A stretch of 63,314 nucleotides of DNA, the filler included. It is 3 parts of 3 records of this genome, joined end to end, with 100 filler letters (N's around TTAATTAATTAA, not from the genome) between each part and the next. Parts side by side here need not be neighbours in the genome. Positions count along the whole stretch, not along the records: positions 1 to 16,217 come from SRR31156797_1398; positions 16,318 to 48,184 come from SRR31156797_1407; 1 more part is not named here. One strand, written 5' to 3'. The position numbers and the translations under genes are program-made. This document shows, one piece after another, positions 8,686 through 18,835 of the stretch (the first letter of the stretch is position 1; the number at the start of each line of letters is the position of its first letter). Under the pieces are notes generated by a model. The model made no database searches and was not told the DNA's origin. It worked only from the letters and a program-made list of their open reading frames with translations.

Positions 8686-10239
8686 ATGCTTAAAAGAACA
8701 CTTATAGCAGCAGCTCTAATTTTATACTCTATTGCTGCTACATCTGAAACGATAGAAGAATATTATAGCAATGCAGAAGGTAAAAGCGGAAGCATGTTAA
8801 AAGCCACATTGCATAATAAAATTAGTGTACAGACAAAAGTTTTAAGTTATAGCGAAGTGTGGGAGGCTCTAAAAACAACCGATGAAGATCCTGATAATAC
8901 AAACAATGTAATTCTTTTATACACAGGTTGGTCATATCCTAAAAACAATAATGGTGGAGGTACTACAGAATGGAATCGCGAACATACCTGGGCTAAATCA
9001 ATGGGCGATTTTGGTACAGCTGCCGGTCCCGGAACAGATATTCATCACCTGCGACCGACAGATGTATCGGTAAATAGCAAACGTGGAAATCTTTATTTTG
9101 ATAATGGAGGTACTGAATACACTGATGGTTCACGATATAATGGAGGAGATGGAGCTACAGGATGTTTATTCGATAGCGATAGCTGGGAACCTCGTGATGA
9201 AGTTAAAGGAGATGTAGCTCGAATGCTATTTTATATGGCTGTTCGTTACGTAAGTGGCGATAAGGTTGACTTAGAATTAGCAGAATACTCTAGTTCATCA
9301 GGATTACATGGCAAATTATCTACGCTTTTAGCCTGGCATCAACAAGATCCTGTCAGTCAATGGGAATTGGATAGAAATGAAAAAATATATGCTATTCAAG
9401 GAAATAGAAATCCTTTTATTAATCATCCGGAATACGTAGATCTTATTTGGGGTGAAAATGGAAATTCAAGCGAAAAAACTGAAATTTTTAGTGAAGATTT
9501 TGAAAATGGAAGTTTAAATCAAATGACATTTTATAATGTTACAGGTACATCCCAAACATGGGAATATTCAAGTTACAACAGTAATTATTTTGCAAAAATG
9601 AGTGGTTACGACAATGGATATTTCGAAAACGAAGACTGGTTAATTAACCAATCATCCATTGATTTAAGCGGATACACTGAAATTAGCTTATCATTCTCCA
9701 CCATGATGAAAGTATATGATGGAGAAACCACCTTAAAAGTTTTACTCTCTACAGATTATGATGGTTCTTCTAATCCCAATAATTATACCTGGACAGATAT
9801 TACATCAGAAGCCAGTTTTTCGAGCGGTAATTATGCCTTAGTATCATCAGGTGATATCGATTTAACCAATTGGACTAATCAGTCTATTTTCGTTGCTTTT
9901 CAGTTTAATTCAAGCTCATCAGGCAGTAATACCTGGGAAATTGATGATATTTTAATAGATGGTAAAGCTATTACAAGCTCAATTGCGCAATCGAAGACAA
10001 AACATGCTAAAATATATCCAAATCCAGCTTCTAAATCAATAAAAATATCCCTGAAAGATTCTGATTTCTATAATATTAACATATACGATCAAGCTGGTCA
10101 ATGTGTAATATCTCAAAAAAATTATATCAACAATCACACTTTAAATGTAAGTTCCTTATCTAATGGAATTTATATTGTAAAAATATCTGATTCCAAAGGA
10201 GATAATTTTACCCAAAAACTTTTAGTAAGACAGAATTAA
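8686..10239 (+). CDS. Secreted endonuclease I (EndA/Bsn-like) with beta-sandwich domain and T9SS CTD
   Basis: Signal peptide; WNREHTW, DIHHLRP...NSKRGN, KGDVARMLFYM, QGNRNPFI; IYPNPA...GIYIVKI C-terminal domain. Confidence 0.88.
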   Translation: MLKRTLIAAALILYSIAATSETIEEYYSNAEGKSGSMLKATLHNKISVQTKVLSYSEVWEALKTTDEDPDNTNNVILLYTGWSYPKNNNGGGTTEWNREHTWAKSMGDFGTAAGPGTDIHHLRPTDVSVNSKRGNLYFDNGGTEYTDGSRYNGGDGATGCLFDSDSWEPRDEVKGDVARMLFYMAVRYVSGDKVDLELAEYSSSSGLHGKLSTLLAWHQQDPVSQWELDRNEKIYAIQGNRNPFINHPEYVDLIWGENGNSSEKTEIFSEDFENGSLNQMTFYNVTGTSQTWEYSSYNSNYFAKMSGYDNGYFENEDWLINQSSIDLSGYTEISLSFSTMMKVYDGETTLKVLLSTDYDGSSNPNNYTWTDITSEASFSSGNYALVSSGDIDLTNWTNQSIFVAFQFNSSSSGSNTWEIDDILIDGKAITSSIAQSKTKHAKIYPNPASKSIKISLKDSDFYNINIYDQAGQCVISQKNYINNHTLNVSSLSNGIYIVKISDSKGDNFTQKLLVRQN

Positions 10240-10282
10240 GTTCATAAAGGATTTAGTTCACTAAATTTCCCAATCAACAATT

Positions 10283-10325
10283 ATATCCCAACTAAAGTCT
10301 AATCAACTTGGTTGGGATATTTTTT
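10283..10325 (+). terminator. Terminator between nuclease and dtd
   Basis: ATATCCCAAC / GTTGGGATAT stem followed by a T-tract. Confidence 0.6.
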
Positions 10326-10333
10326 CAATATTT

Positions 10334-10786
10334 CTACTCCTTATTCTTGGAATCAATGATGATAGTTACCGGACCATCATTAATCAGCGAGACTTTCATA
10401 TCGGCGCCAAATTCGCCCGTTTGTACCCTCTTCCCTATCACTTGTTCCAATTGTTGCACAAAAGCCTTATATAAGGGTATAGAAACGTCAGGTTTGGCTG
10501 CATCAATATATGAAGGTCGATTCCCTTTTTTAGTTTTAGCATGCAATGTAAACTGACTAACTACGATTATCTCACCATCTACATCTAATATAGATTTATT
10601 CATCACATCATTTTCATCCGGAAAAATTCGAAGATTAGCAATTTTATTACTTAGCCAAATTATATCTTCCTGATCATCCTCATTTACGATTCCTAGTAAA
10701 ATTAAATAACCTTTATGAATAGAAGATTTAATTTGATTATTTATCATAACTGAAGCTTCAGAAACTCTTTGGATAACAACTTTCAT
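10334..10786 (-). CDS. dtd: D-aminoacyl-tRNA deacylase
   Basis: MKVVIQRV, SQFTL, KGNRPS and NDGPVT motifs. Confidence 0.97.
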   Translation of the reverse strand: MKVVIQRVSEASVMINNQIKSSIHKGYLILLGIVNEDDQEDIIWLSNKIANLRIFPDENDVMNKSILDVDGEIIVVSQFTLHAKTKKGNRPSYIDAAKPDVSIPLYKAFVQQLEQVIGKRVQTGEFGADMKVSLINDGPVTIIIDSKNKE

Positions 10787-11061
10787 AATTATACTTTTAC
10801 TTAATTATATACTATCTATTTATATAGATATTTATATTTTAAAACTAAAACCTTCTTTTTTTGTTAAAATGGATAAAAATAGAATAATTTGGAGCAATAA
10901 TATCTAGTTTAAGATTTTTTGCAAAACAAGATATCTTAGACCTAATTAGATACTATTTTATTATATTACAAATACTTACAATATTATTTTACCTTATATT
11001 TCAGTGCGTTAAAGTCCTGAGAATTCAATAAAAATAATATCCTTATAAATTATACAGCTCT

Positions 11062-12036
11062 ATGCGCATTATATTGAGTCAAAAAACAAACCCTTATCAA
11101 AATTTAGCAACCGAGGAATATTTACTCAAAAATTATACAGATGACATATTTTTTATTTATATCAATACAAAAAGTATAATTGTAGGTAAACATCAAAATA
11201 CACTTTCTGAAATTAATTACTCATTTGTTACAGAAAATGAAATTCCAGTCGTCAGAAGATTATCTGGAGGAGGAACTGTTTTTCATGATCCGGGTAATAT
11301 AAATTTCTGCTTTATCACATCAGGAGAAAAAGGAGAACTTGTAAACTTTAAAAAATACACAACACCAATTGTTGAATTCTTAAAATCATTAAATGTAAAT
11401 GCTCATTTTGGTGGAAGAAATGATATTTTGATTGAAGGTTGTAAAATTAGTGGAAATGCATGTCATGTATACAAAAATAAAGTAATGCATCATGGCACTT
11501 TACTTTTCAATAGCCAACTATCGTCGCTTACGCAGGCCTTAAAAAATGATCCTTTAAAATTTAAAGATAAAGCTGTAAAATCAGTTAGAAGTAAAGTTAC
11601 GAATATACAGGATCACCTGAACAAAGATATACCTGTACAATCATTTGTTGAGCAGTTGGCTTATTACATTGTGAATAATTATAACTGCGAATCTTATACA
11701 ATTACAGAAGATGACTATAAAGTGATAAATGAATTAGTGGAAACCAAGTTTAATACCTGGGAATGGAATTTTGGTTATAGTCCTAAATATACTTTTAAAA
11801 AGCGTATTAAATCTGATTCTGGTAAGCGATATGAGATAAACATGCAAGTGATTAAAGGTTCTATTAAAGAGATAACTATTAAAAGTAATACATCAGATAA
11901 AACTAAAATCAATGCGCTTGAAGAAGTAATGCTGGAAAGTTTACACCAAAAAGAAGAGATTCAACAAAAAACAAAGGAATTATTTAATAACTGGAAAGAA
12001 TTAAAGCAAGAAGAATTACTTGAAGCTTTATTTTAG
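11062..12036 (+). CDS. lplA: Lipoate-protein ligase A
   Basis: RRLSGGGTVFHD, KISGNA, HHGTLL and VKSVRSKVTNI motifs. Confidence 0.93.
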   Translation: MRIILSQKTNPYQNLATEEYLLKNYTDDIFFIYINTKSIIVGKHQNTLSEINYSFVTENEIPVVRRLSGGGTVFHDPGNINFCFITSGEKGELVNFKKYTTPIVEFLKSLNVNAHFGGRNDILIEGCKISGNACHVYKNKVMHHGTLLFNSQLSSLTQALKNDPLKFKDKAVKSVRSKVTNIQDHLNKDIPVQSFVEQLAYYIVNNYNCESYTITEDDYKVINELVETKFNTWEWNFGYSPKYTFKKRIKSDSGKRYEINMQVIKGSIKEITIKSNTSDKTKINALEEVMLESLHQKEEIQQKTKELFNNWKELKQEELLEALF

Positions 12037-12046
12037 ATTGATTATT

Positions 12047-12076
12047 TACCGGATTAAATTACTATTTAGTCCGGTA
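12047..12076. terminator. Hairpin between convergent lplA and uvrC
   Basis: TACCGGATTAAAT / ATTTAGTCCGGTA inverted repeat. Confidence 0.55.
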
Positions 12077-12089
12077 TATTAACTAATAT

Positions 12090-13898
12090 TTAATGAAAAT
12101 AAGACCATACTACCTTTGCTTTTGCTTTACCAATTACCAGTTCAATCTGCTCTAGTGTTAATTTTTTAATCTGTTCTACGGACTTAAATTCACTTAAAAG
12201 TTTTTGAGAAGTCTTCTCTCCTATTCCTTTTATATTATCTAATTCGGATACTACAAATTCTTTAGAACGTTGGTTACGATGAAAAGTAATTCCAAAACGA
12301 TGCGCTTCATTACGCGCGTGTTGAATAATTTTTAAGGTTTCAGAGTTTTTATCTAAATACAATGGCACCGGATCACCAGGGAAAAATATTTCTTCTAACC
12401 TTTTTGCAATTCCAATTACAGTTACTTTATCATCAATTTTAAGCTTTCTGAAAATTTTCATAGCGGCACCTAACTGCCCTTTTCCACCATCAATAATAAC
12501 CAAGTTTGGTAAGCTATCGTTTTCATTAATCAAACGTGAGTATCTACGTTCAATAATTTCTTCCATACTGGCAAAATCATCAGGACCTACTACTGTTTTT
12601 ACATTAAAGTGTCGATAATCCTTTTTACTAGGCTTTGAATTTTTAAAAACCACACATGCAGCAACAGGAAAATTACCTTGTATATTTGAGTTATCGAAAC
12701 ATTCAATATGCATAGGTTTCTCTTTTAAACGCAAATCCTTTTGCATAGTATTTAGAATACGATCTTCTCTCGTTTCTTTTTTTCGTATGGATTGCTGTTT
12801 TAATTTTTCTAAACGATAGTATTTCACATTACGTTCAGATAATTCTAATAACTTCTTTTTGTCTCCAATTTTAGGTATGATAAACTTTATATTCTCAAAT
12901 TTAGTATCTGGTTTAATAGGTACAACAACTTCCCTGGAAGTACTATGTAAACGCTCTTTTATTTCAGATATAGCTAAGGATAGTAATTCAGGTAAGGATT
13001 CGTTTAATTTCTTTTTTAATTCGATGGTATGCGCTTGAATAATGGAACCATTTACCACTTTTAAAAAATTCACATAAGCAGCATCTTCATCCTCGATAAT
13101 TGAATAAACATCGACATTATTAATACTGGAACTTACAACTGTCGATTTACTTTGATAAGAATCTAATTGTTTTAGTTTTTGTTTTATTTCCTCTGCCTCT
13201 TCAAACTTAAATTCCTCGGCATAATTAAACATTAAATCTTTTAGATATTTAATCACACTATTAATATTACCACGTAAAATATTCTTAATGGCTTCAATAT
13301 TTTCCCTATAAATTTCTTCATCATATTCTCCAATACAAGGTCCTTTACAATTACCAATATGATATTCTAAACACACCTTATACTTTCCATCAGCAATCTT
13401 TTGAGGAGATAAATTCAATTTACAGTTACGTAATGGGTAGGTAGATTTAAATAAATCTAATAAAGTTCGAACCATCACAACCGAGGTATATGGTCCAAAA
13501 TATAAACTCCCATCCTTAATAATTTGACGGGTTGAAAAGACCCTGGGATAATGTTCATTCTTTACCACTATCCAGGGAAAAGATTTATCATCTTTTAAAA
13601 GGACATTATAACGGGGCTGATATTTTTTAATGAGATTATTTTCGAGCAGTAAAGCATCCTCTTCAGAGTCAACAACGATATGCTCAATATTGGCAATATT
13701 ACGAACTAAAATAGCCGTTTTACCATTATCTGGTCTACCATTAAAATATGAAGAAACACGTTTTTTTAGGTTTTTAGCTTTACCTACATATATAATTTTT
13801 CCATCCTTATTGAAGTATTGATATACTCCGGGATCTGAAGGTAAAACAGCTATTTTTTCTTTTAGGAAATCAATTTTAGAATTAATAGAGCGATCCAT
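12090..13898 (-). CDS. uvrC: Excinuclease ABC subunit C
   Basis: GIY-YIG (PGVY..IYVGKAKNL), ECFDNSN, IDGGKGQ and HhH C-terminus. Confidence 0.97.
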   Translation of the reverse strand: MDRSINSKIDFLKEKIAVLPSDPGVYQYFNKDGKIIYVGKAKNLKKRVSSYFNGRPDNGKTAILVRNIANIEHIVVDSEEDALLLENNLIKKYQPRYNVLLKDDKSFPWIVVKNEHYPRVFSTRQIIKDGSLYFGPYTSVVMVRTLLDLFKSTYPLRNCKLNLSPQKIADGKYKVCLEYHIGNCKGPCIGEYDEEIYRENIEAIKNILRGNINSVIKYLKDLMFNYAEEFKFEEAEEIKQKLKQLDSYQSKSTVVSSSINNVDVYSIIEDEDAAYVNFLKVVNGSIIQAHTIELKKKLNESLPELLSLAISEIKERLHSTSREVVVPIKPDTKFENIKFIIPKIGDKKKLLELSERNVKYYRLEKLKQQSIRKKETREDRILNTMQKDLRLKEKPMHIECFDNSNIQGNFPVAACVVFKNSKPSKKDYRHFNVKTVVGPDDFASMEEIIERRYSRLINENDSLPNLVIIDGGKGQLGAAMKIFRKLKIDDKVTVIGIAKRLEEIFFPGDPVPLYLDKNSETLKIIQHARNEAHRFGITFHRNQRSKEFVVSELDNIKGIGEKTSQKLLSEFKSVEQIKKLTLEQIELVIGKAKAKVVWSYFH

Positions 13899-15523
13899 TA
13901 AACGTATAAATTAGTAAATGAAAAAGTACTTACATCAAAAAGTCCCTTATCCCCTATCTTTAATTTAGGTATTACTAATAAGCTCATAAATGATAAAGTC
14001 ATAAATGGAGCATGCAATTTAGATCCTAATTCCTGTGCTTTTTTATTTAACTCAGCATACTTTTCTGCTACTTCTTCCCCAGATTTACTAGTCATTAATC
14101 CGGCTACTTCCAGTGGTAAACAATCACTAATTCCATCAATGGAATAACTCATACCACCTTTATGCTGTATAATTGCATTTAATGCATTTACTATATCATG
14201 ATCTGAAACACCTACAGCAATTAAATTATGACTATCATGAGCCACACTACAAGCAATCGCACCTTCGTTTAAACCTATATTTTTAATAAAGCCAACAACT
14301 GGAGTAGCCTTTTTATATCTATTCAACACCACAACTTTTAATATATCTTCATCAGTATTTGAAGATATATATCCGTCTGAATTTTGTGGTGTCCAAATAA
14401 AATCATTGGTGATTAAATCACCATCTACAGCTTCAATAACCTTAATATTTTTATCTGCTTTAAAGTCTACTTTTATATCGTCAGCATGGATAACATCAAT
14501 ATTAAAATTATTAATTGGTGTAGAAACCGGAACATCAAACTTAAGTTGATTATCCACATAAATTTGTTTTCCCTCAATATATGTTTCTTGAATATTGAAA
14601 TCTGATAAATTATCAACAACTATAAAATCAGCAGAATCACCTTCTCTTAATAAACCAACAGGTAAATTATAATGCTGTATAGGTTTTAAAATTGCTGCTC
14701 TTAAGAGCTTAAAAATGTCAATTCCTTTATTAATACCTAAACGAATAATTTTATCGATATGTCCCTTTTGAATAATTTCATCGGGATGAGAATCATCCGT
14801 ACACAGCATTATCTGATCAGGATGGGAATTAAAAAGTGAAGCCAATGCATTAAAATTTTTAGCTGCACTACCCTCCCTTATCTGGATAGTTATCCCAAGA
14901 TTTATCTTATCTATAGCTTCCTGAGCAGTTACACATTCATGATCTGATGATATACCGGCGTTCGCATATTTAATTAAATCCTCACCATTTAATCCCGGTG
15001 CATGTCCATCAATTGGTTTATTATATTTATAAGCAGCTTTGATCTTGTTCCACACCTCTTCATCCTGATAAACTACTCCTGGAAAATTCATCATTTCTGA
15101 CAAACAAATAATCTCTTCGCGCTGCAATAATTGATCTATTTCCTTAGAAGAAATAACAGCGCCACTAGTCTCAAACGAGGTAGCAGGCACACACGATGGA
15201 GCTCCAAAAAAGCATTTTAAAGGTGTTTGCTTTGCATCATTGATCATATAATCTACTCCAGACACGCCTACTACATTAGCAATCTCATGTGGATCTGTAA
15301 CAACTGCTACTGTTCCACGTGGAACAACTAATTTAGAAAATTGAGTTGGAGTTAACATAGAACTTTCAATATGAACATGACTATCTACTAAACCTGGTAA
15401 TATAAATCGATTACATTCTTCACTAATTTCTTTAATGGATAAAATCTTTCCTTTAGAAAATTCAACAACTCCATTAAAGATTTTACGATTTATAATATCT
15501 ACAATTTTACCTGTTATAGTCAT
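13898..15523 (-). CDS. ade: Adenine deaminase
   Basis: DSHVHIESS, DPHEIANV, DGHAP, DHEC, REGSAAKN and AHDSHN motifs. Confidence 0.95.
   Translation of the reverse strand: MTITGKIVDIINRKIFNGVVEFSKGKILSIKEISEECNRFILPGLVDSHVHIESSMLTPTQFSKLVVPRGTVAVVTDPHEIANVVGVSGVDYMINDAKQTPLKCFFGAPSCVPATSFETSGAVISSKEIDQLLQREEIICLSEMMNFPGVVYQDEEVWNKIKAAYKYNKPIDGHAPGLNGEDLIKYANAGISSDHECVTAQEAIDKINLGITIQIREGSAAKNFNALASLFNSHPDQIMLCTDDSHPDEIIQKGHIDKIIRLGINKGIDIFKLLRAAILKPIQHYNLPVGLLREGDSADFIVVDNLSDFNIQETYIEGKQIYVDNQLKFDVPVSTPINNFNIDVIHADDIKVDFKADKNIKVIEAVDGDLITNDFIWTPQNSDGYISSNTDEDILKVVVLNRYKKATPVVGFIKNIGLNEGAIACSVAHDSHNLIAVGVSDHDIVNALNAIIQHKGGMSYSIDGISDCLPLEVAGLMTSKSGEEVAEKYAELNKKAQELGSKLHAPFMTLSFMSLLVIPKLKIGDKGLFDVSTFSFTNLYV
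15311..15326. promoter_or_regulatory. parS site inside the ade CDS
   Basis: Perfect palindrome TGTTCCACGTGGAACA matching the TGTTNCACGTGAAACA-type parS consensus. Confidence 0.8.
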
Positions 15524-15535
15524 ATTAATAATTTT

Positions 15536-15551
15536 AGTTCCACGTGGAACA
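15536..15551. promoter_or_regulatory. parS site (mnmG-ade intergenic)
   Basis: AGTTCCACGTGGAACA, one mismatch to the palindrome, 2 nt beyond the mnmG stop. Confidence 0.8.
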
Positions 15552-15553
15552 CT

Positions 15554-16216
15554 TTAACGTCCCATTAAAACTAATAAAACATTTATATCGCTCGGACTAA
15601 CACCAGAAATTCTACTTGCTTGTCCGATAGTTTTAGGATTAATTTTAGTTAACTTTTGCCTTGCTTCTGTAGATATAGTTTTAATATCACCATAATTAAA
15701 ACGACCCTGAATTTCTAAATTTTCAAGTCGAGATAATTTATCAGCCATTAATTTTTCACGATTTATATAACCTTGATATTTGACGGTTATTTCAGCAGAT
15801 TCTAAAATTTCATCTCTCCTACCTTCAGGTAAATTTTGGCAAAATTTATTTAAAGGTTCAATTTCATTCACCAAATCGAAAATATTAACCTGAGGTCGTG
15901 TTAAAACATCTTTTAATTTAATAGTTTGTTTAAGTGAAGAAGTTCCAACTTTTTCTAAGTAAGTATTAATAAATTTAGGTTTAATACTAAATTTCTCAAG
16001 AAAATCTATAATTGAATCTCTATTAACTATTTTTTCATTTAACAAATCAACCCTTTCTTGTTTTGCTAAACCAATATTAAAAGACTTATTCGTTAAGCGA
16101 ATATCAGCATCATCTTGTCTTAATAGAATACGATATTCAGCGCGAGAAGTAAACATTCTATAAGGCTCGTCAACACCTTTAGTTACCAAATCGTCAATTA
16201 AAACACCTATATAAGC
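15554..16216 (-). CDS. mnmG: tRNA modification enzyme MnmG/GidA, 3' part only (cut by contig end)
   Basis: AYIGVLIDDLVTKGVDEPYRMFTSRAEYR and GQASRISGVSPSD motifs. Confidence 0.95.
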   Translation of the reverse strand, partial: AYIGVLIDDLVTKGVDEPYRMFTSRAEYRILLRQDDADIRLTNKSFNIGLAKQERVDLLNEKIVNRDSIIDFLEKFSIKPKFINTYLEKVGTSSLKQTIKLKDVLTRPQVNIFDLVNEIEPLNKFCQNLPEGRRDEILESAEITVKYQGYINREKLMADKLSRLENLEIQGRFNYGDIKTISTEARQKLTKINPKTIGQASRISGVSPSDINVLLVLMGR

Positions 16217-16217
16217 T

Positions 16218-16317
16218 NNNNNNNNNNNNNNNNNNNNNNNNNNNNNNNNNNNNNNNNNNNNTTAATTAATTAANNNNNNNNNNNNNNNNNNNNNNNNNNN
16301 NNNNNNNNNNNNNNNNN
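16218..16317. other. Artificial contig linker
   Basis: N44-TTAATTAATTAA-N44 (stops in all six frames); gene taxonomy changes across it. Confidence 0.97.
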
Positions 16318-16521
16318 GACAGCTATAGAACGTTGCTTACAACGTTCAAGTGCCAGTAGATAGTTATTTAACATCTCGTCTTTTGCATCATTTATTCTAA
16401 ATAATGCTTTCGCCCTGTTTTAGCCCCAGTCATTGGTTTTGAACATCTTTTGATGTTCTTGCCAGCTAAACAAATTCATTATAAAGCACTTAGCTTTATT
16501 AACTCATTTTAAGTACCGTCA

Positions 16522-16550
16522 ATTTTACCATTTGCTTTAATCATTGTCAA
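16522..16550 (-). promoter_or_regulatory. sigmaA promoter pointing toward the contig edge
   Basis: TTGACA-17 nt-TAAAAT with an extended TG on the minus strand. Confidence 0.65.
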
Positions 16551-16648
16551 TCAAAAACAACAAAGGCTCTCCATAAATATCATCATTTTGTACTCCCTAA
16601 ATATCCCGCTTCGTGCTATATTATAAAAATTATGTTACAATAATATAT

Positions 16649-17557
16649 ATGGATACAAAAGCCAAGAATAAATTAGTATTTACCAAGGTAACATTAAATG
16701 ATATACCTAGAATATCAAAATACTTCAGTTTTAATGAATCCCGTTCCTGCGACTATACCATAGGTGGTCTTTTTATATGGCGTGATTATTATTCCAGCGA
16801 ATATTCAATTTTTAATGATACTATTGTCTTTAAGCACAAATTAGAAGATAATTCAATTATATTTACATACCCAATAGGCAATGATGTTATAAAATGCATT
16901 AAACTAATTAACAAATACTGTAAAAACAACAACCTTCCAACCAAAATAGATGTGTTTACTAATTCTCAGATAACAATTTTGAACGGAAAATATAAAGAAA
17001 TAAAGGTCACACAGCAGCGTGATAAATTCGACTATATATATAACAGCAGTGATATTATAAATCTTGTTGGAAATAAATATAGAGGTCAGAGAAATCATAT
17101 TAATAAATTTAAGCGAAATTATTTAGATTATAAATTCGAAGAGATAAACAGTAATAATCTTCAAGAATTAAAATTATTCTTTATGGAGCATTTCAGCGAT
17201 GCCAGCAAAGATTCTCCAACTTCTATTGAAGATACAGCAAAAGCTATTGAAGTTATTGACAATTACCATATTTATGGATTAATCGGTGGTATACTAAAAG
17301 TTGACAATAATATAGTAGCATTTTCAGTTGGTGAGAAGCTGAATGATACTCTGTATATTCATATTGAGAGAGCTTTACTAAGCTATCATGGCAGCTATCC
17401 AATGTTGGTAAATACATTTTCAAAGCATTATGTCAGCGAAGAAATCAAATACATTAATAGAGAAGATGACGCTGGTGACGAGGGCTTGCGTAAGTCAAAA
17501 ATGTCCTACAGACCATGTGCGTTTGTAGAAAAACACTGTGTAGATATTATTAAATAG
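16649..17557 (+). CDS. DUF2156 / phosphatidylglycerol lysyltransferase C-terminal-like protein
   Basis: FDYIY...GNKYRGQRNHINKF, IHIERA, INREDDAGDEGLRKSKMSY; start 16649 (ATG) or 16613 (GTG). Confidence 0.8.
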   Translation: MDTKAKNKLVFTKVTLNDIPRISKYFSFNESRSCDYTIGGLFIWRDYYSSEYSIFNDTIVFKHKLEDNSIIFTYPIGNDVIKCIKLINKYCKNNNLPTKIDVFTNSQITILNGKYKEIKVTQQRDKFDYIYNSSDIINLVGNKYRGQRNHINKFKRNYLDYKFEEINSNNLQELKLFFMEHFSDASKDSPTSIEDTAKAIEVIDNYHIYGLIGGILKVDNNIVAFSVGEKLNDTLYIHIERALLSYHGSYPMLVNTFSKHYVSEEIKYINREDDAGDEGLRKSKMSYRPCAFVEKHCVDIIK

Positions 17558-17591
17558 AACAATCAGCTAACCGTTATTATATACTTGTAAT

Positions 17592-18644
17592 CTACCAATT
17601 TACTTTATCTGCTCCCACAACATTATTGCCTGCTGCCTTTAGCAGCCTGTTCATAATTGCAATCTCAATATTATCACCGTCTAGGTACTGAACATATGCT
17701 TTGTCATATCCTTGGCTGTCCAGCTTGCGTAAAGTAGCAAACAAACTTTCTGCAATTGTTTCCGGATAGAATGCAGAACCTAATACAATTGTATCACATT
17801 TAAAATTAGAACTATTTTCTTTATAGCATAGAGCTACTGGTTTTAAACCATTTTTTGCATCTTCTGATGAGGCACGGTTAATATATCGAGAAACAGCTAT
17901 ATCAATACCCTTAACAACAGTTATATTGGCATTTGGTGCATAATGCTTGTACTTCATTCCTGGCGATTTCGGTGCATCATCGTTACCACCTGATGACTGA
18001 ATTACTTCGATATCTCCTAATGCACCACTAATCATTTCCTTTGTTATTGCTCCTGGACGAAGGATTGTGGGCGTTTCACTGGTCAAATCAAGTACTGTTG
18101 ATTCCAGCCCTACCTGACATTCACCGCCATCAATAATCAGAGGGATTCTGCCATTCATATCTTCATATACATCCTGTGCATTTGTAGGAGAAGGCTTACC
18201 GGAAAGATTAGCGCTGGGAGCTGCCAGAGGCAGTCTGGAATACTCAATAATTGAATATGCTACTGGATGGCTAGGCATACGTATTGCTACAGTATCTAAA
18301 CCTCCAGTTACTACTTCAGAAACTCTGCTTGACTTTTTCATCACCATAGTCAAAGGTCCAGGCCAGAATCTTTCTGCTAGTATAGAAGCGTTCTCTGGTA
18401 CTTCACTGACAAGAGTCCTAACCATAGCCATATCACAAACATGAACAATTAATGGATTATCTGCTGGTCGCTTCTTTGCAGCAAATATCTTTTTAATGGC
18501 CTTTTTATTGGTTGCCTTTGCCGCTAGCCCATAGACCGTTTCAGTGGGTATTGCCACTACCTCGTTATCTTTCAATAGGGCTGTTGCCTGCTCTATAGCA
18601 CTTATACCAACAGACAATATTTCTGTTTCATATTTCTTTCCCAA
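17592..18644 (-). CDS. sua5: L-threonylcarbamoyladenylate synthase (Sua5)
   Basis: PTETVYGL, KKRPADNPLIVH, APSANLSG and SPGMKYKHYAP motifs. Confidence 0.95.
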   Translation of the reverse strand: MGKKYETEILSVGISAIEQATALLKDNEVVAIPTETVYGLAAKATNKKAIKKIFAAKKRPADNPLIVHVCDMAMVRTLVSEVPENASILAERFWPGPLTMVMKKSSRVSEVVTGGLDTVAIRMPSHPVAYSIIEYSRLPLAAPSANLSGKPSPTNAQDVYEDMNGRIPLIIDGGECQVGLESTVLDLTSETPTILRPGAITKEMISGALGDIEVIQSSGGNDDAPKSPGMKYKHYAPNANITVVKGIDIAVSRYINRASSEDAKNGLKPVALCYKENSSNFKCDTIVLGSAFYPETIAESLFATLRKLDSQGYDKAYVQYLDGDNIEIAIMNRLLKAAGNNVVGADKVNW

Positions 18645-18835
18645 TTATGCTCCTTTAATGTATAACAGATTTAGCTAAACAATATGCCAACAGCATTATA
18701 TCATATATCAATGTCTTTAGTATTATTATTTACAGTTTAAGCATAGGATGTCAGCATGTCTATTACACATACTGCAATCTATTGTAAATCCATTCTTTAT
18801 ATTTGAGTTTAACATTACATACATATTCAGAGAAC

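Noticed and set aside
10787..11061. AT-rich intergenic region as oriC
   Set aside because: No DnaA-box cluster is visible; the only TTATCCACA I noticed in contig 1 is a single copy inside ade (14550-14558).
16262..16273. TTAATTAATTAA repeated at both gaps
   Set aside because: Synthetic six-frame-stop linker, not biological.
16400..16470. c-di-AMP (ydaO) or c-di-GMP-I riboswitch
   Set aside because: Only partial resemblance (ACCAA..TGGGG..AGGGC; GGCAA plus hairpin). The GGGGGA, CCGUCAGCUAAC and GACGCAAA cores are missing.
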